Source: Elusimicrobiota bacterium
Lineage (GTDB): Bacteria; Elusimicrobiota; Endomicrobiia; CG1-02-37-114; JAHJSO01
Assembly (NCBI GenBank): GCA_043826435.1
Contig: JBDRQF010000011.1
Span: 7,025 to 71,024, forward strand
DNA: 64,000 nt
Reading direction: 5' to 3'
Shown here: positions 49,944 through 59,056 of the stretch, one piece after another
How the letters are laid out: each line of letters opens with the position of its first letter
Position numbering within the stretch: position 1 is the first letter of the stretch
Translations under genes and position numbers: made by a program
Notes under the pieces: generated by a model
What the model was told of the DNA's origin: nothing
The model's database searches: none
The model's input: the letters and a program-made list of their open reading frames with translations, nothing else

Positions 49944-50016
49944 TGCGAGGGGCGAAGCCCCGAAGCAATCTCATTTTATGATAATGTCATTGCGAGGCGC
50001 AGCTGAAGCAATCCCA
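49936..50016. repeat. Two direct copies of the same palindromic REP-like unit (TGTGTCATTGCGAGGGGCGAAGCCCCGAAGCAATCTC; TGTCATTGCGAGGCGCAGCTGAAGCAATCCC)
   Basis: Copy A ~49937-49972 is a near-perfect hairpin ATTGCGAGGGGC-GAA-GCCCCGAAGCAAT. Copy B ~49984-50015. They overlap the 3' end of the upstream CDS. Confidence 0.6.
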
Positions 50017-51083
50017 ATAACAGCACTGCTCATCAGCCGGTTTCGGTCGCAGTGTGATTTTTCTGTTTCCACCGAGATGCCCAGTTCTTCATACAATCGC
50101 TCATACTGTTTCCTGACGATAGAATAATCAAAATTTGATGCAATCTGTTTTGCCTTTTCAGAATTTGTTTTGCGGAGTTGCGGGTCTGACAGATATTTTC
50201 TTATGTTTTCTGCGAGTGCTTCCGAGTTGTGATTTGGGTGGAACAATGCACACCCCCTGAACGGCTCAAATGTGCCATAATCAGGAACACACAGAGGCAC
50301 ACCCGCAGAGGCGGACTCATATACAGCGCTCCCCATTGCTTCGCCATCCTCGTCGGATGAGTTAATATAGATTGTTGATGCATCAAAAGCAGAAGCGAGC
50401 CCGGCGGCGTCAAGGTGCCCGGTAAAAATTATATTCCTGCCGGAAACCAGGGAGTCCAGCACCGCCTGTCCGATTTTAAATCCCCCGTACACCCCTTTTG
50501 CCGTAAGTTTGTCTTTATAGCCGGCGATTATCAGTTTTATTTTTGCAATCTGACAGGCACCGATAATGATCTCGGGGTTTTTATGATAACTCGTTCCGAT
50601 GGTAAAGGCAAATGGTTCACCGGGGCTGATTCCAAACTTTTTTCTGAAGCCCGCGCCGTTTGTCTCCGGATGTTTTTTTGAAAAATACTCATAGTCAATG
50701 GGTAGCGGTATTACGGCAAGTTTCTCCGGTTTGATTCCCTGCCTGATGTAATTCTGCCTTGCCCAATCGCTCTGCACTACAATTCTGTCGTACCTGTTGA
50801 AAAGGAAGCGCCGGACGATTACTGCATACCACTTCTGCCCTATGAAATTATTGTGAAAAGTATAAACGGACTTTCTGGCAAACAGGCAACTCATTTCGGG
50901 GAAAGGCAAACCCCTACCGTGCCCGTGGACATCCTGGCCCCAGATTTTTTTAATTACCGTAAAGGATCTTACCCCGGCTACCGGGACGACTTCCCCTCCT
51001 GTAATTTTAGCCGGAAGTCCAAGATAATCGCCCCTCGGTGTTGACGTATAATGCGGGTAAAAAGGCACCACTGCTTTCATCAT
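49971..51083 (-). CDS. Glycosyltransferase, GT-B (group 1-like)
   Basis: 370 aa. The C-terminal region EAMGSAVYESASAGVPLCVPD is GT4-like. The last ~20 codons read through the REP repeat, so the true C-terminus is uncertain. Confidence 0.6.
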   Translation of the reverse strand: MMKAVVPFYPHYTSTPRGDYLGLPAKITGGEVVPVAGVRSFTVIKKIWGQDVHGHGRGLPFPEMSCLFARKSVYTFHNNFIGQKWYAVIVRRFLFNRYDRIVVQSDWARQNYIRQGIKPEKLAVIPLPIDYEYFSKKHPETNGAGFRKKFGISPGEPFAFTIGTSYHKNPEIIIGACQIAKIKLIIAGYKDKLTAKGVYGGFKIGQAVLDSLVSGRNIIFTGHLDAAGLASAFDASTIYINSSDEDGEAMGSAVYESASAGVPLCVPDYGTFEPFRGCALFHPNHNSEALAENIRKYLSDPQLRKTNSEKAKQIASNFDYSIVRKQYERLYEELGISVETEKSHCDRNRLMSSAVIGIASAAPRNDIIIK

Positions 51084-51088
51084 AATTT

Positions 51089-51964
51089 TTATCGGTTCCC
51101 CTTAAGCATCCGGGTGATTTTCAGCACAGGCATCTTCCACAGTCGCAGGATGGCAGCGAGAATTATCCATGCAATAATGCCGTAGTGTTTCCTGTAGTAA
51201 TACAAGAAACTGTTGTCAAATATCTTTTCTTTTTTTTCTCTGCCAAGTTTATCCATGGACACGCCCCAGTGGTGTATGACCTGTGCATCTGCAACAAAAA
51301 AAATCTTCCAGCCATGTTTTTTTATTTTATGACACCAGTCAATTTCTTCAAAATACGCAGTAAAATTTTCGTCCAACAATCCCACCTGTTGAATAACTTC
51401 TTTTCTAACCAGCAGGCAGGCACCACTGACCGAATCAACTTCTCTTGTGTCTTCCCTATTCCAGTCAAAAAGTGTGCGGTTTTTCTTAACAATATTATTC
51501 GGAAATAAAGTATTCAATAGACCGACCTCAAACAGCCCCCATAAAAATGTTGGAAATTTTTCTCCTGACCACTGGTGTCGTCCTTGCCGGTCAATCAATT
51601 TTGGACCACACGCTCTGCAACGCAATTCAGTGTCCATAAAATTGACCATCCTGCCGAGTGCATTATCTAAAATAACAGTATCAGGATTTAATAACAACAG
51701 ATATCTCCCGGTAGAATTTTTTAGTGCCTGATTGTGGGCTTTTGTAAAAAAGAAGTTTTCCTGATTGACAATCAATTTCACATCCGGAAATTTTTGTTTA
51801 AGCATCTCCGCACTTCCGTCCCCAGATGCATTATCAACCACTATAATTTCGTATTTGATGTTTTTTGTATTTTGATAAATGGAAGATAAGCATTCTTCTA
51901 AAAATTTTTTTGTATTGTAGTTTACAATTGTAATTGATAAATCAAGCATTGCCTTTGGACCCAA
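51089..51964 (-). CDS. Glycosyltransferase family 2
   Basis: LSITIVNYNTKKFL...IIVVDNASGDGS GT-A signature. 291 aa. Confidence 0.8.
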   Translation of the reverse strand: MGPKAMLDLSITIVNYNTKKFLEECLSSIYQNTKNIKYEIIVVDNASGDGSAEMLKQKFPDVKLIVNQENFFFTKAHNQALKNSTGRYLLLLNPDTVILDNALGRMVNFMDTELRCRACGPKLIDRQGRHQWSGEKFPTFLWGLFEVGLLNTLFPNNIVKKNRTLFDWNREDTREVDSVSGACLLVRKEVIQQVGLLDENFTAYFEEIDWCHKIKKHGWKIFFVADAQVIHHWGVSMDKLGREKKEKIFDNSFLYYYRKHYGIIAWIILAAILRLWKMPVLKITRMLKGNR

Positions 51965-52643
51965 TATCGGTCAAAACAAAAATAAACTGGTACCCGAAAA
52001 GTGTCGGGCAAAGAGAATAAATTTTTTTAAGAAATTTCCAGCCACCAGGTATTCTTAAAAATACTCCATGAAACCTTGGAATACCTTTATCGGGGTCAAT
52101 AGATAAGTGTTCTATTTTTAGCCCAGATGACTCAATCATTTCTTTTGCTGTCTTCAAAGTAAAAAATCTCAGATGTGTATTGTCCAGAATCCCATAGTCC
52201 TCATAATCAAATTTGCCAAAAAGCAACCGTACTCTAATTGAGAAGTGAGCAATATTTGGCAGTGTGATTATTACACGCCCCGCGGGAGCCAGAAATTTTT
52301 TTATTTTTTGCAGCACTCCCAGAGGGTTTACTAAGTGTTCCAATACATTCATACACAGGATAAAATCAAATTTCCGGTCTATTTGCTGAAGTATTTGTTC
52401 ATTTTCAATGTTTCCCACCAGTATTTTCTGATAATATGGCTTTGCCATTTCTGCCGAGTCAGGGTCAATTTCAACTCCCCAAGACTCGCAGTTCACTTTT
52501 TCTTTCAGGTATTTTCCGATATAACCGGTGGCACACCCGATTTCAAGTACTTTGGAATTTGGTTTGACTAATTTTACTACCTGATAGTCAGTCCACAACG
52601 GACAGATTTTATCTATATCATAATTTTGGCGATGGTATTTCAT
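51942..52643 (-). CDS. Class I SAM-dependent methyltransferase
   Basis: VLEIGCATGYIGKYL (motif I) and DFILCMNVLEHL (motif II). ATGA overlap with the downstream small ORF. Confidence 0.8.
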   Translation of the reverse strand: MKYHRQNYDIDKICPLWTDYQVVKLVKPNSKVLEIGCATGYIGKYLKEKVNCESWGVEIDPDSAEMAKPYYQKILVGNIENEQILQQIDRKFDFILCMNVLEHLVNPLGVLQKIKKFLAPAGRVIITLPNIAHFSIRVRLLFGKFDYEDYGILDNTHLRFFTLKTAKEMIESSGLKIEHLSIDPDKGIPRFHGVFLRIPGGWKFLKKIYSLCPTLFGYQFIFVLTDIGSKGNA

Positions 52644-53070
52644 TGTTTTGTTTCTAATGCTTCGTCTATTTTACTAATCAAGTATTCAAAATTCTTATCA
52701 GAGTAATATTTCCGCATTCCTGCTTCAAGAATTGAACCAAGTGCGACCCTATAGTCGGTTATCTTGAATGATTTTATTATATTTTTTATCCTGATTAAAT
52801 TTTCTTTTTTTGTATTCAGGGGTATCCCCCGCCTCAATAAAAATTCTATATCAAAACAATCTCTGACCTCACCCCTGTTTAAGAATGTCTCTATTTTGTT
52901 TTTCATCATTTGTTCAAGTGTTGCACTTCCTTATTGAACTTGGGAGTTTAAATAAGTCATTTTATCAATGTTTGTTAGTTAACAATTTTGTTAACTAGTT
53001 ATACTTAATAATTTTTTAATTGTCAATACCCTTTTGAGATAATGTCGTAATTTTGGCGATGGTATTTCAT
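52622..53070. repeat. 22-bp perfect direct repeat (AATTTTGGCGATGGTATTTCAT) at 52622-52643 and 53049-53070, flanking a ~427-bp segment
   Basis: Both copies include the TGA/ATG (tcat) overlap. The second copy encodes a vestigial MKYHRQNYDIISKGY* reading frame that duplicates the methyltransferase start. Confidence 0.7.
52640..52909 (-). CDS. Hypothetical 89-aa protein carried on a ~427-bp insert
   Basis: ORF only, with no recognisable motif. It lies inside a segment bounded by 22-bp direct repeats. Confidence 0.35.
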   Translation of the reverse strand: MMKNKIETFLNRGEVRDCFDIEFLLRRGIPLNTKKENLIRIKNIIKSFKITDYRVALGSILEAGMRKYYSDKNFEYLISKIDEALETKQ

Positions 53071-53975
53071 CGTTTAACCGTCCTCAGAATTTCTTCTGCC
53101 CGGTGGTCATAGGTGTGTTTTAAAACAACTTCTCTATGTCCTGTCAGAGCAATCTCCTCTCGTTCTGTTTCGTGTTTCAGGTAATAGTCAATTTTTTCCA
53201 ACAGGTCATTCCCATTATCATATAAAACCAGATGTTTTTTATCTTGGAAAAGTTCTTCCAGTCCTGCTTCCAGTTTTAACCGGTCAGTGATAAGTAAACT
53301 TCCACAAGAAAGCGCTTCGAAAACACGCATATTCAAATCACCCCTTATACTTTTATTGAAAACTATCTTTGCTTGACTATATATTTTAGCCATATCTTCA
53401 CCGAATATTCCTGGAAATACTTGGATATTAAATTTCTGACCAATCAATTTTAACAATGTAACTCTCTCTGGATAAACCATAGGATTGGTGTTACCTACAA
53501 ATACAACATCATAAATTTTGGGCAATTCATATTTTCTATGTATTTCGTGGTCACATGCAACTGGCAACCATTGACTACTATTCCCAAATTTGCACATATA
53601 GTTTTTATGGCAGGAGAAAACATAAGAAAAATCGTTTTTTAAATAGGTGTGAAATTTTATTTTATCTGGTTCATGGGTATCTAATGACCATAATATCGCA
53701 GGGATACTAAGTTTGTTGAATCCTATTAGATGATATTGGCCAGCGGAATCAACTTCAACAATAATGTCAAACGATTTTTTCATTTTTTTTATCACCGATT
53801 GAACATAAACAGGAAGACCTTTAGGAATAAAAAATGGTAGATGGTTGTATAAATTAGTCCAGTATGGCGTTTTACCCAAATCAAAACTTTCCACAAAATG
53901 TTTTTTTCTTAATGCTTTTTCTAAATACATTCCAGTTGTCCAGGGAATTTTATTATATGCCAGAAATATGTTCAT
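53067..53975 (-). CDS. CgeB-like / GT-B C-terminal-domain glycosyltransferase candidate
   Basis: 302 aa. The C-terminal region (VFVGN...ERV..L...G..VFPG..., FEALSCGSLLITD) resembles the CgeB/GT1 C-terminal domain. Confidence 0.45.
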   Translation of the reverse strand: MNIFLAYNKIPWTTGMYLEKALRKKHFVESFDLGKTPYWTNLYNHLPFFIPKGLPVYVQSVIKKMKKSFDIIVEVDSAGQYHLIGFNKLSIPAILWSLDTHEPDKIKFHTYLKNDFSYVFSCHKNYMCKFGNSSQWLPVACDHEIHRKYELPKIYDVVFVGNTNPMVYPERVTLLKLIGQKFNIQVFPGIFGEDMAKIYSQAKIVFNKSIRGDLNMRVFEALSCGSLLITDRLKLEAGLEELFQDKKHLVLYDNGNDLLEKIDYYLKHETEREEIALTGHREVVLKHTYDHRAEEILRTVKR

Positions 53976-55543
53976 TTTTTTATTAAATCTGCTCTTTGTT
54001 TACAGTTTTGGTATTCAACAATTTCCCTGATTTTGTCTTCAACACATTCATATCTTAATTTTGTATCCGATAAAACTTCAGCCAAAAAAAGTTTATTTTT
54101 TTCTGCAAGTTTCAAGTAATTATGCAAGGTTAAACTTCTTAGTTGTCTATGAAATTCTGTATGCAATCTTTCTAAATCTAAAATACTAAAACTTTCAGTT
54201 CCAATCAGTGAGGTGCCAGATATGAGTGACCTATAATTTTCGTTTTCAAGTGAAACTTGCAGATAATTTTTTTCTTTACATATTTGATATAACTTTGTTC
54301 CAACATATGGCATAGCAATATGAATATAAGGATAAACACCATATTTTTCAAGCATCTCTAAAGTAAAATCTATAGTTTGTTTAATATTGTCAATGGTTTC
54401 TCCAGGAAATCCAAAAACATAGAATGCTCGTAGGTCTATACCTAAATCTTGACACCATTGAGCACACTGAATAACTTTTTTCAAATCCAGTCGTTTGTGT
54501 ATTATTTTATCAAGTACACCTTGATTGCCTGATTCAACTCCTATAATAAGATATGTACATTTAGATTTTTTTATTTTCTTCAAAATTTCTAAACTAAGAC
54601 CGTCGGCTCGCAATCCATTTGGTGTATCCCAGGTAATCCCTGAGTTAAGATGAATTATGCCGTCAACTATTTTCTCAAATCTTTTAATGTCAATATTGAT
54701 AGTGTCATCCTCAAAGTGTATGTGTTTTACGTCGTACTCTTCGGTAACAAATTTGATATAATTTAAGACATACTTTGCAGAATGAGGTCTCCATTTTCTG
54801 CCCATATGTAAATGCACAGAACAAAAAATACAATTATAAGGACAACCTCGACTTGTAATCATTGGAATACATCTTTCCGAACCAGGATAATTATATCTGC
54901 CTCTTATTTCAAATCCAAGTTCTTGTGCTTTGAAATATTTCTCCAACCGGATGAGATGATATGCAGGATAAGGTAAATCGTCTAAGTTTGAAATTGGTTC
55001 ACGGATTCCGTTATTTATGATTTTACCGTCCATACTACGATAAGTAATTCCTTTAATTTTTTGCAAAGATTTTTTACCATTATAGGCATCAATTATATCT
55101 AATATAACATATTCTCCTTCTCGCATAACAACAATATCAATAGCGTTTGATAACTTCAAAAAAGATTCCGGGCAAACAGAAGCATGTGGTCCACCAACTA
55201 TAGTTAGGATATTTTTATTGGCTGATTTCACAACTTCTGCTACTCTTACAGCATTAAATATTTGTGCACTAAATTGATTGGTAATGCCAACAACATCGGG
55301 GTTTTTATGTTGAATAACTTTTTTTAATTCAGTTATCCAATGTTTCTCTACAAATTCTTTATTTGCGTATGTATTTAATAATTTATGGTCAGCAAAATCT
55401 ACTCTTGCATCAAAAACTTCTACTTGATAACCATTTTTTTCCAACACACCGGCTATGTAAAGAATCCCTAACGGTAAATCCAATTGAAATCCTCGTAAAT
55501 TTTCACCATAACTTGAAGGCGGTCTGACAAGAAGTATTTTCTT
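53972..55543 (-). CDS. B12-binding radical SAM protein (copy 3)
   Basis: MKKILLVRPP...PLGILYIAGVL cobalamin-domain N-terminus, ...GGPHAS... and SRGCPYNCIFCSVH. Start is likely the internal MKKILLV. Confidence 0.85.
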   Translation of the reverse strand, partial: KKILLVRPPSSYGENLRGFQLDLPLGILYIAGVLEKNGYQVEVFDARVDFADHKLLNTYANKEFVEKHWITELKKVIQHKNPDVVGITNQFSAQIFNAVRVAEVVKSANKNILTIVGGPHASVCPESFLKLSNAIDIVVMREGEYVILDIIDAYNGKKSLQKIKGITYRSMDGKIINNGIREPISNLDDLPYPAYHLIRLEKYFKAQELGFEIRGRYNYPGSERCIPMITSRGCPYNCIFCSVHLHMGRKWRPHSAKYVLNYIKFVTEEYDVKHIHFEDDTINIDIKRFEKIVDGIIHLNSGITWDTPNGLRADGLSLEILKKIKKSKCTYLIIGVESGNQGVLDKIIHKRLDLKKVIQCAQWCQDLGIDLRAFYVFGFPGETIDNIKQTIDFTLEMLEKYGVYPYIHIAMPYVGTKLYQICKEKNYLQVSLENENYRSLISGTSLIGTESFSILDLERLHTEFHRQLRSLTLHNYLKLAEKNKLFLAEVLSDTKLRYECVEDKIREIVEYQNCKQRADLIKK

Positions 55544-55605
55544 CATATATCCATTTATCTTTTTTCGCAAAAAATTACCTCGTTAATCTATTTTGTCAGG
55601 GTGGT

Positions 55606-56358
55606 TTAATCCTGATCACAACCTTGTTTAGAAGCAACTGTAATAAAAACACTTCCGTACATGAAAGAAATTGCTCGTTTATCAATTAAAGCAATAAACC
55701 TTTTTACAAAATCCTTAATTTTATTACCAGTAAGAGGAATTTTAGGAACTAATTTGCAAAATTCTACTTTAAGCCCACTTTCAGTAAGAATTCCTTTCAT
55801 CTTTTCCTCATCAAACGATGCTAAATGTTCTGAAGGAGGAAAAACAGCATAACAATCCGGACAGACAACTTTTTGAATATTTTCTTTATAGGGAACAGTA
55901 ATTATAACTTTCCCCAACGGCTTTAGAACTCTTTTTATTTCTTTAAGCCCTTTTTCAAGAGTGTCCGGCAAAAGATGTTCTAATACCTCAGTCACAAACA
56001 CATAATCAAAAAAACATGTCACAAGCGGCAAATTTGTTATACTCCCCTCTTTAAGAATAATATTTTTATTTAAAGAACTAAATTTTTCTTTTAGACTTTT
56101 TATATTTTGGCGAGAAACATCACATCCATAGACTTCAAATCCTATATTATAAAGTTCATCCATAAGTGTCCCTATTCCACATCCTATATCAAGGGCCTTT
56201 CCAGGCAACCTAAAAAACTTTTTTACATTTTTAATAACACATTTATAAAAATCTGCTGGCAAAAACATACCTTCAGAGAGTTCCGGCAATGTTTCATACA
56301 TTTCCCATAAACTTTTTATTTTTTCTTCGGCCCATTCTACTTCGTGAATTTTTTTCAT
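55606..56358 (-). CDS. Class I SAM-dependent methyltransferase
   Basis: ALDIGCGIGTLMDEL (motif I) and DYVFVTEVLEHL. C-terminal CPDC suggests a small Zn-ribbon-like insertion. Confidence 0.8.
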   Translation of the reverse strand: MKKIHEVEWAEEKIKSLWEMYETLPELSEGMFLPADFYKCVIKNVKKFFRLPGKALDIGCGIGTLMDELYNIGFEVYGCDVSRQNIKSLKEKFSSLNKNIILKEGSITNLPLVTCFFDYVFVTEVLEHLLPDTLEKGLKEIKRVLKPLGKVIITVPYKENIQKVVCPDCYAVFPPSEHLASFDEEKMKGILTESGLKVEFCKLVPKIPLTGNKIKDFVKRFIALIDKRAISFMYGSVFITVASKQGCDQD

Positions 56359-56385
56359 TTACCGGAGGCCCCCTTAACTATCTTT

Positions 56386-56526
56386 TTAAAACTTTATGAG
56401 ATGCCTGTTTTCAAGGACGGCTGCGAGATATAACAGCCCGAGCGGAGGCAGGTAAGAGCCGACTTTTGTAAGCCCACCGTACCTCTCTTCCCCTAACATA
56501 GGCGGAAAAACCAGAAGTATTTTCAT
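56386..56526 (-). pseudogene. Remnant N-terminal fragment (46 aa) of a B12-binding radical SAM gene
   Basis: Minus-strand translation MKILLVFPPMLGEERYGGLTKVGSYLPPLGLLYLAAVLENRHLIKF* matches the conserved N-terminus of the B12-rSAM paralogs (MKKILLVRPP...PLGILYIAGVL). The fragment is GC-richer than its flanks. Confidence 0.6.
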
Positions 56527-56530
56527 GGCG

Positions 56531-57541
56531 TTATTTGTTTTTGAAGTAAGATTTATACCAGGCGATTGTTTTTTTGAGACCTTCTTTTAATGAATATTTT
56601 GCCTTCCAGCCCAGCGCCCTCCTTGCTTTTTCAGATGACAGGTATTGTGCATGTATTTCTGTAAATGGCTTGTCTTTGCCAAGTATTCTTGGCCTGAGTG
56701 TTGACCTGCGATGGAGAGAAATCAGCATTTTAACCAGGTCTAATGCCGTTATTGGTGTTTCACAACTGAAGTTGAATGCATCGCCCCTGACTTCCGGTTT
56801 TTTGACAACTTTTTCCGCCAGGGTTAAATATGCCGAGACAGCATCTTCAATATAAAAATAGTCCCGCACAGGAGTTCCGTCAGAGCGGATGATTGGCGCC
56901 TCATTGTGAATTAAAGAACGGATAGTGCCGGGGATTATTCTTGACCAGTGAAAATCGCCGGGTCCATATAGATTGCCGCACCTGGTTATCGCAATAGGCA
57001 GGTTAAAGGCGTGAAAGTAAGCTTTTGCAAGTGTTTCGGCACATACCTTTGAAGCATCGTATGGATAGAACCCCACCAGGAGATAGTCCTCTTTATATGG
57101 AAGTTTTTTGTGTTCCCCGTACGCCTTATCACTGGAAGCAATAACAACCGATTCAATAGTCCTGCATTCCCGTGCGGATTCCAGGACACACCATGTTCCT
57201 TTTATGTTTGTTTCAAATGTATTTAAGGGAAAGTTTTTTGCAAACGACTCAACTGCCGTAGCGGCCAGATGGAAACATACCTGAATTTCATATTCATTTA
57301 AAACTCTTTTAATAATCGGGTGGTTGGTAATTGAACCCGGAACAATTGATATTTTTTTGTCATAGCTCCCCAGGCAGAGTAGTGAAACAGGAATATAATC
57401 ATTGCTGATCCCTACAATATTTGCTCCTTTTTTGAGGAGATATATTATAATATTTGATGCCAGAAATCCGTAGCAGCCGGTTACGAGGACATTTTTTCCC
57501 CGCCAGAAGTTTTTGTTGGCTTTCATTTCATTTACCTCCAT
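56531..57541 (-). CDS. NAD-dependent sugar 4,6-dehydratase-like SDR (CDP-glucose 4,6-dehydratase-like)
   Basis: NFWRGKNVLVTGCYGFLASN resembles the RfbG N-terminus (FW.GK.V.VTG.TGF). YDASK catalytic motif. 336 aa. Confidence 0.75.
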   Translation of the reverse strand: MEVNEMKANKNFWRGKNVLVTGCYGFLASNIIIYLLKKGANIVGISNDYIPVSLLCLGSYDKKISIVPGSITNHPIIKRVLNEYEIQVCFHLAATAVESFAKNFPLNTFETNIKGTWCVLESARECRTIESVVIASSDKAYGEHKKLPYKEDYLLVGFYPYDASKVCAETLAKAYFHAFNLPIAITRCGNLYGPGDFHWSRIIPGTIRSLIHNEAPIIRSDGTPVRDYFYIEDAVSAYLTLAEKVVKKPEVRGDAFNFSCETPITALDLVKMLISLHRRSTLRPRILGKDKPFTEIHAQYLSSEKARRALGWKAKYSLKEGLKKTIAWYKSYFKNK

Positions 57542-58229
57542 AAAATTTCCACCGCAGTATATTTTTCAGCATCTGAAAACTTGCAGAAAGTTTTATGTGT
57601 GAATTTCCTTTTTCCCTTTTTTGAAAACTGAGGGGAACCTCTGACATTTTGGCTCCGAGAGATGAGGATTTTATAATAAACTCAGAATCAATAAACCAGT
57701 CCTTTGACACAGGAGATATTTTTTCATAAAGAGACCTGGTAAAAATTTTTGGGTTGCTGCCTATGTCTATCGACGGATTGGGGAAGAAAAACTGAAATAG
57801 TATATTAAATATTTTTGAATTTATCTTTCGGAGAAATCCATCCTCTCGGGTTATCCTTTTACCCTGGGCAAAATCAAGCCCTTCCTCTTTTATTTTCTTA
57901 AATACCCTGACTACATCTTCGGGTTTTATCTGGCCGTCTCCTGCCATGTAGCCAACATATTTTCCAGTGGCAGATTTTAGTCCCTGTATTACTCCCCAGC
58001 CATAGCCCTGGTTTATTTCAACGGTTACAACTTTTATTTGCGGATATTTGCCTGCTAATTTTTTCAGGAGTTCGGGTGTTCTGTCGTAAGAGCCATTGTT
58101 GACCGCCACGATTTCATAATGGATGCTATGTTTTGTGAATTCATTTGAGAGGTCTCCGCAGACCTTTTCCACATTTTCTTCTTCGTTGTAGAAAGGAATA
58201 ACTATAGACAAATCAACCGAAGGGATCAT
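57528..58229 (-). CDS. GT2 polyprenyl-phosphate glycosyltransferase (DPM synthase/GtrB-like)
   Basis: LSIVIPFYNEEENV...VAVNNGSYDRT...INQGYGWG. 233 aa. Confidence 0.8.
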   Translation of the reverse strand: MIPSVDLSIVIPFYNEEENVEKVCGDLSNEFTKHSIHYEIVAVNNGSYDRTPELLKKLAGKYPQIKVVTVEINQGYGWGVIQGLKSATGKYVGYMAGDGQIKPEDVVRVFKKIKEEGLDFAQGKRITREDGFLRKINSKIFNILFQFFFPNPSIDIGSNPKIFTRSLYEKISPVSKDWFIDSEFIIKSSSLGAKMSEVPLSFQKREKGNSHIKLSASFQMLKNILRWKFYGGK

Positions 58230-59035
58230 TTTGATTTTTCTCGCCGGGAAATTTTTGAAATATTTAACCTTATTCGGACAAGGTCTCTGAGAATTTTTAA
58301 GAATTCCCTGCGGGGATTGAGCCGTGTGTCAAAATCGCATGACCATTTTAAGGGAAATTCTTTTATGGTGTATCCGAGTCGTTGGGCTATTGACAGGACT
58401 TCAACATCAAAAATGAAGCCGTTTATTTTTTGCTGACTGAGAATTTTTTGGGCTACTTCTTTTTTGAAAAATTTGAAACCGCATTGTGTATCCACTATCC
58501 CCTTAATGTTAACGATTGCTCTTGTAATGGAAGCGAATATCCTGCCGGAAATCGTTCTATAGAATGGTTGCTTTATAACTATTTCCGACTCGCTTAACAG
58601 CCGTGAGCCGATTGCAATATCATATCCGTTTTCTAAAAAATTTATGCCCTTTTCTGTTTCATGAAAAGGAACGCAATATCCAGCGTCAACAAAAAGAATA
58701 TATTTGCCGGTTGCCTGTAAAACCCCAGTTTTCACTGCATAACCTTTTCCTTTGTTTTCAGGATAACTTACTATTTTTAAATTTTTGTGGCGTTCTTTGA
58801 TTTTTGTTAATATATCAAGTGTTTTGTCTTTGCTCCCGTCGTTAACGATTATTATTTCAAAATTATATGTTTGTTTATTGAAATACTCGTATAGCAGTTT
58901 TATGTCTTTCTCTATTTTGTTTTCCTCGTTGTAAGACGGGACTACAACCGAAAGATAAATATCATGCTCTGGTTTCATATAATCGGGCATTTCACGATAA
59001 TCCTCTCTGTAACCCCTACACTGAAAGGGATACAT
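58226..59035 (-). CDS. GT2 polyprenyl-phosphate glycosyltransferase (DPM synthase-like), tandem paralog
   Basis: LSVVVPSYNEENKI...IIIVNDGSKDKT...NKGKGYAV. 269 aa. Confidence 0.8.
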   Translation of the reverse strand: MYPFQCRGYREDYREMPDYMKPEHDIYLSVVVPSYNEENKIEKDIKLLYEYFNKQTYNFEIIIVNDGSKDKTLDILTKIKERHKNLKIVSYPENKGKGYAVKTGVLQATGKYILFVDAGYCVPFHETEKGINFLENGYDIAIGSRLLSESEIVIKQPFYRTISGRIFASITRAIVNIKGIVDTQCGFKFFKKEVAQKILSQQKINGFIFDVEVLSIAQRLGYTIKEFPLKWSCDFDTRLNPRREFLKILRDLVRIRLNISKISRREKSK

Positions 59036-59056
59036 TTTTCAATTTTTAGTTCTTGA

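Noticed and set aside
52640-52909. 89-aa ORF as a toxin-antitoxin or nucleotidyltransferase fragment
   Set aside because: I can see no conserved motif. It is annotated only as hypothetical, and its location on the 22-bp-repeat-flanked insert is reported instead.
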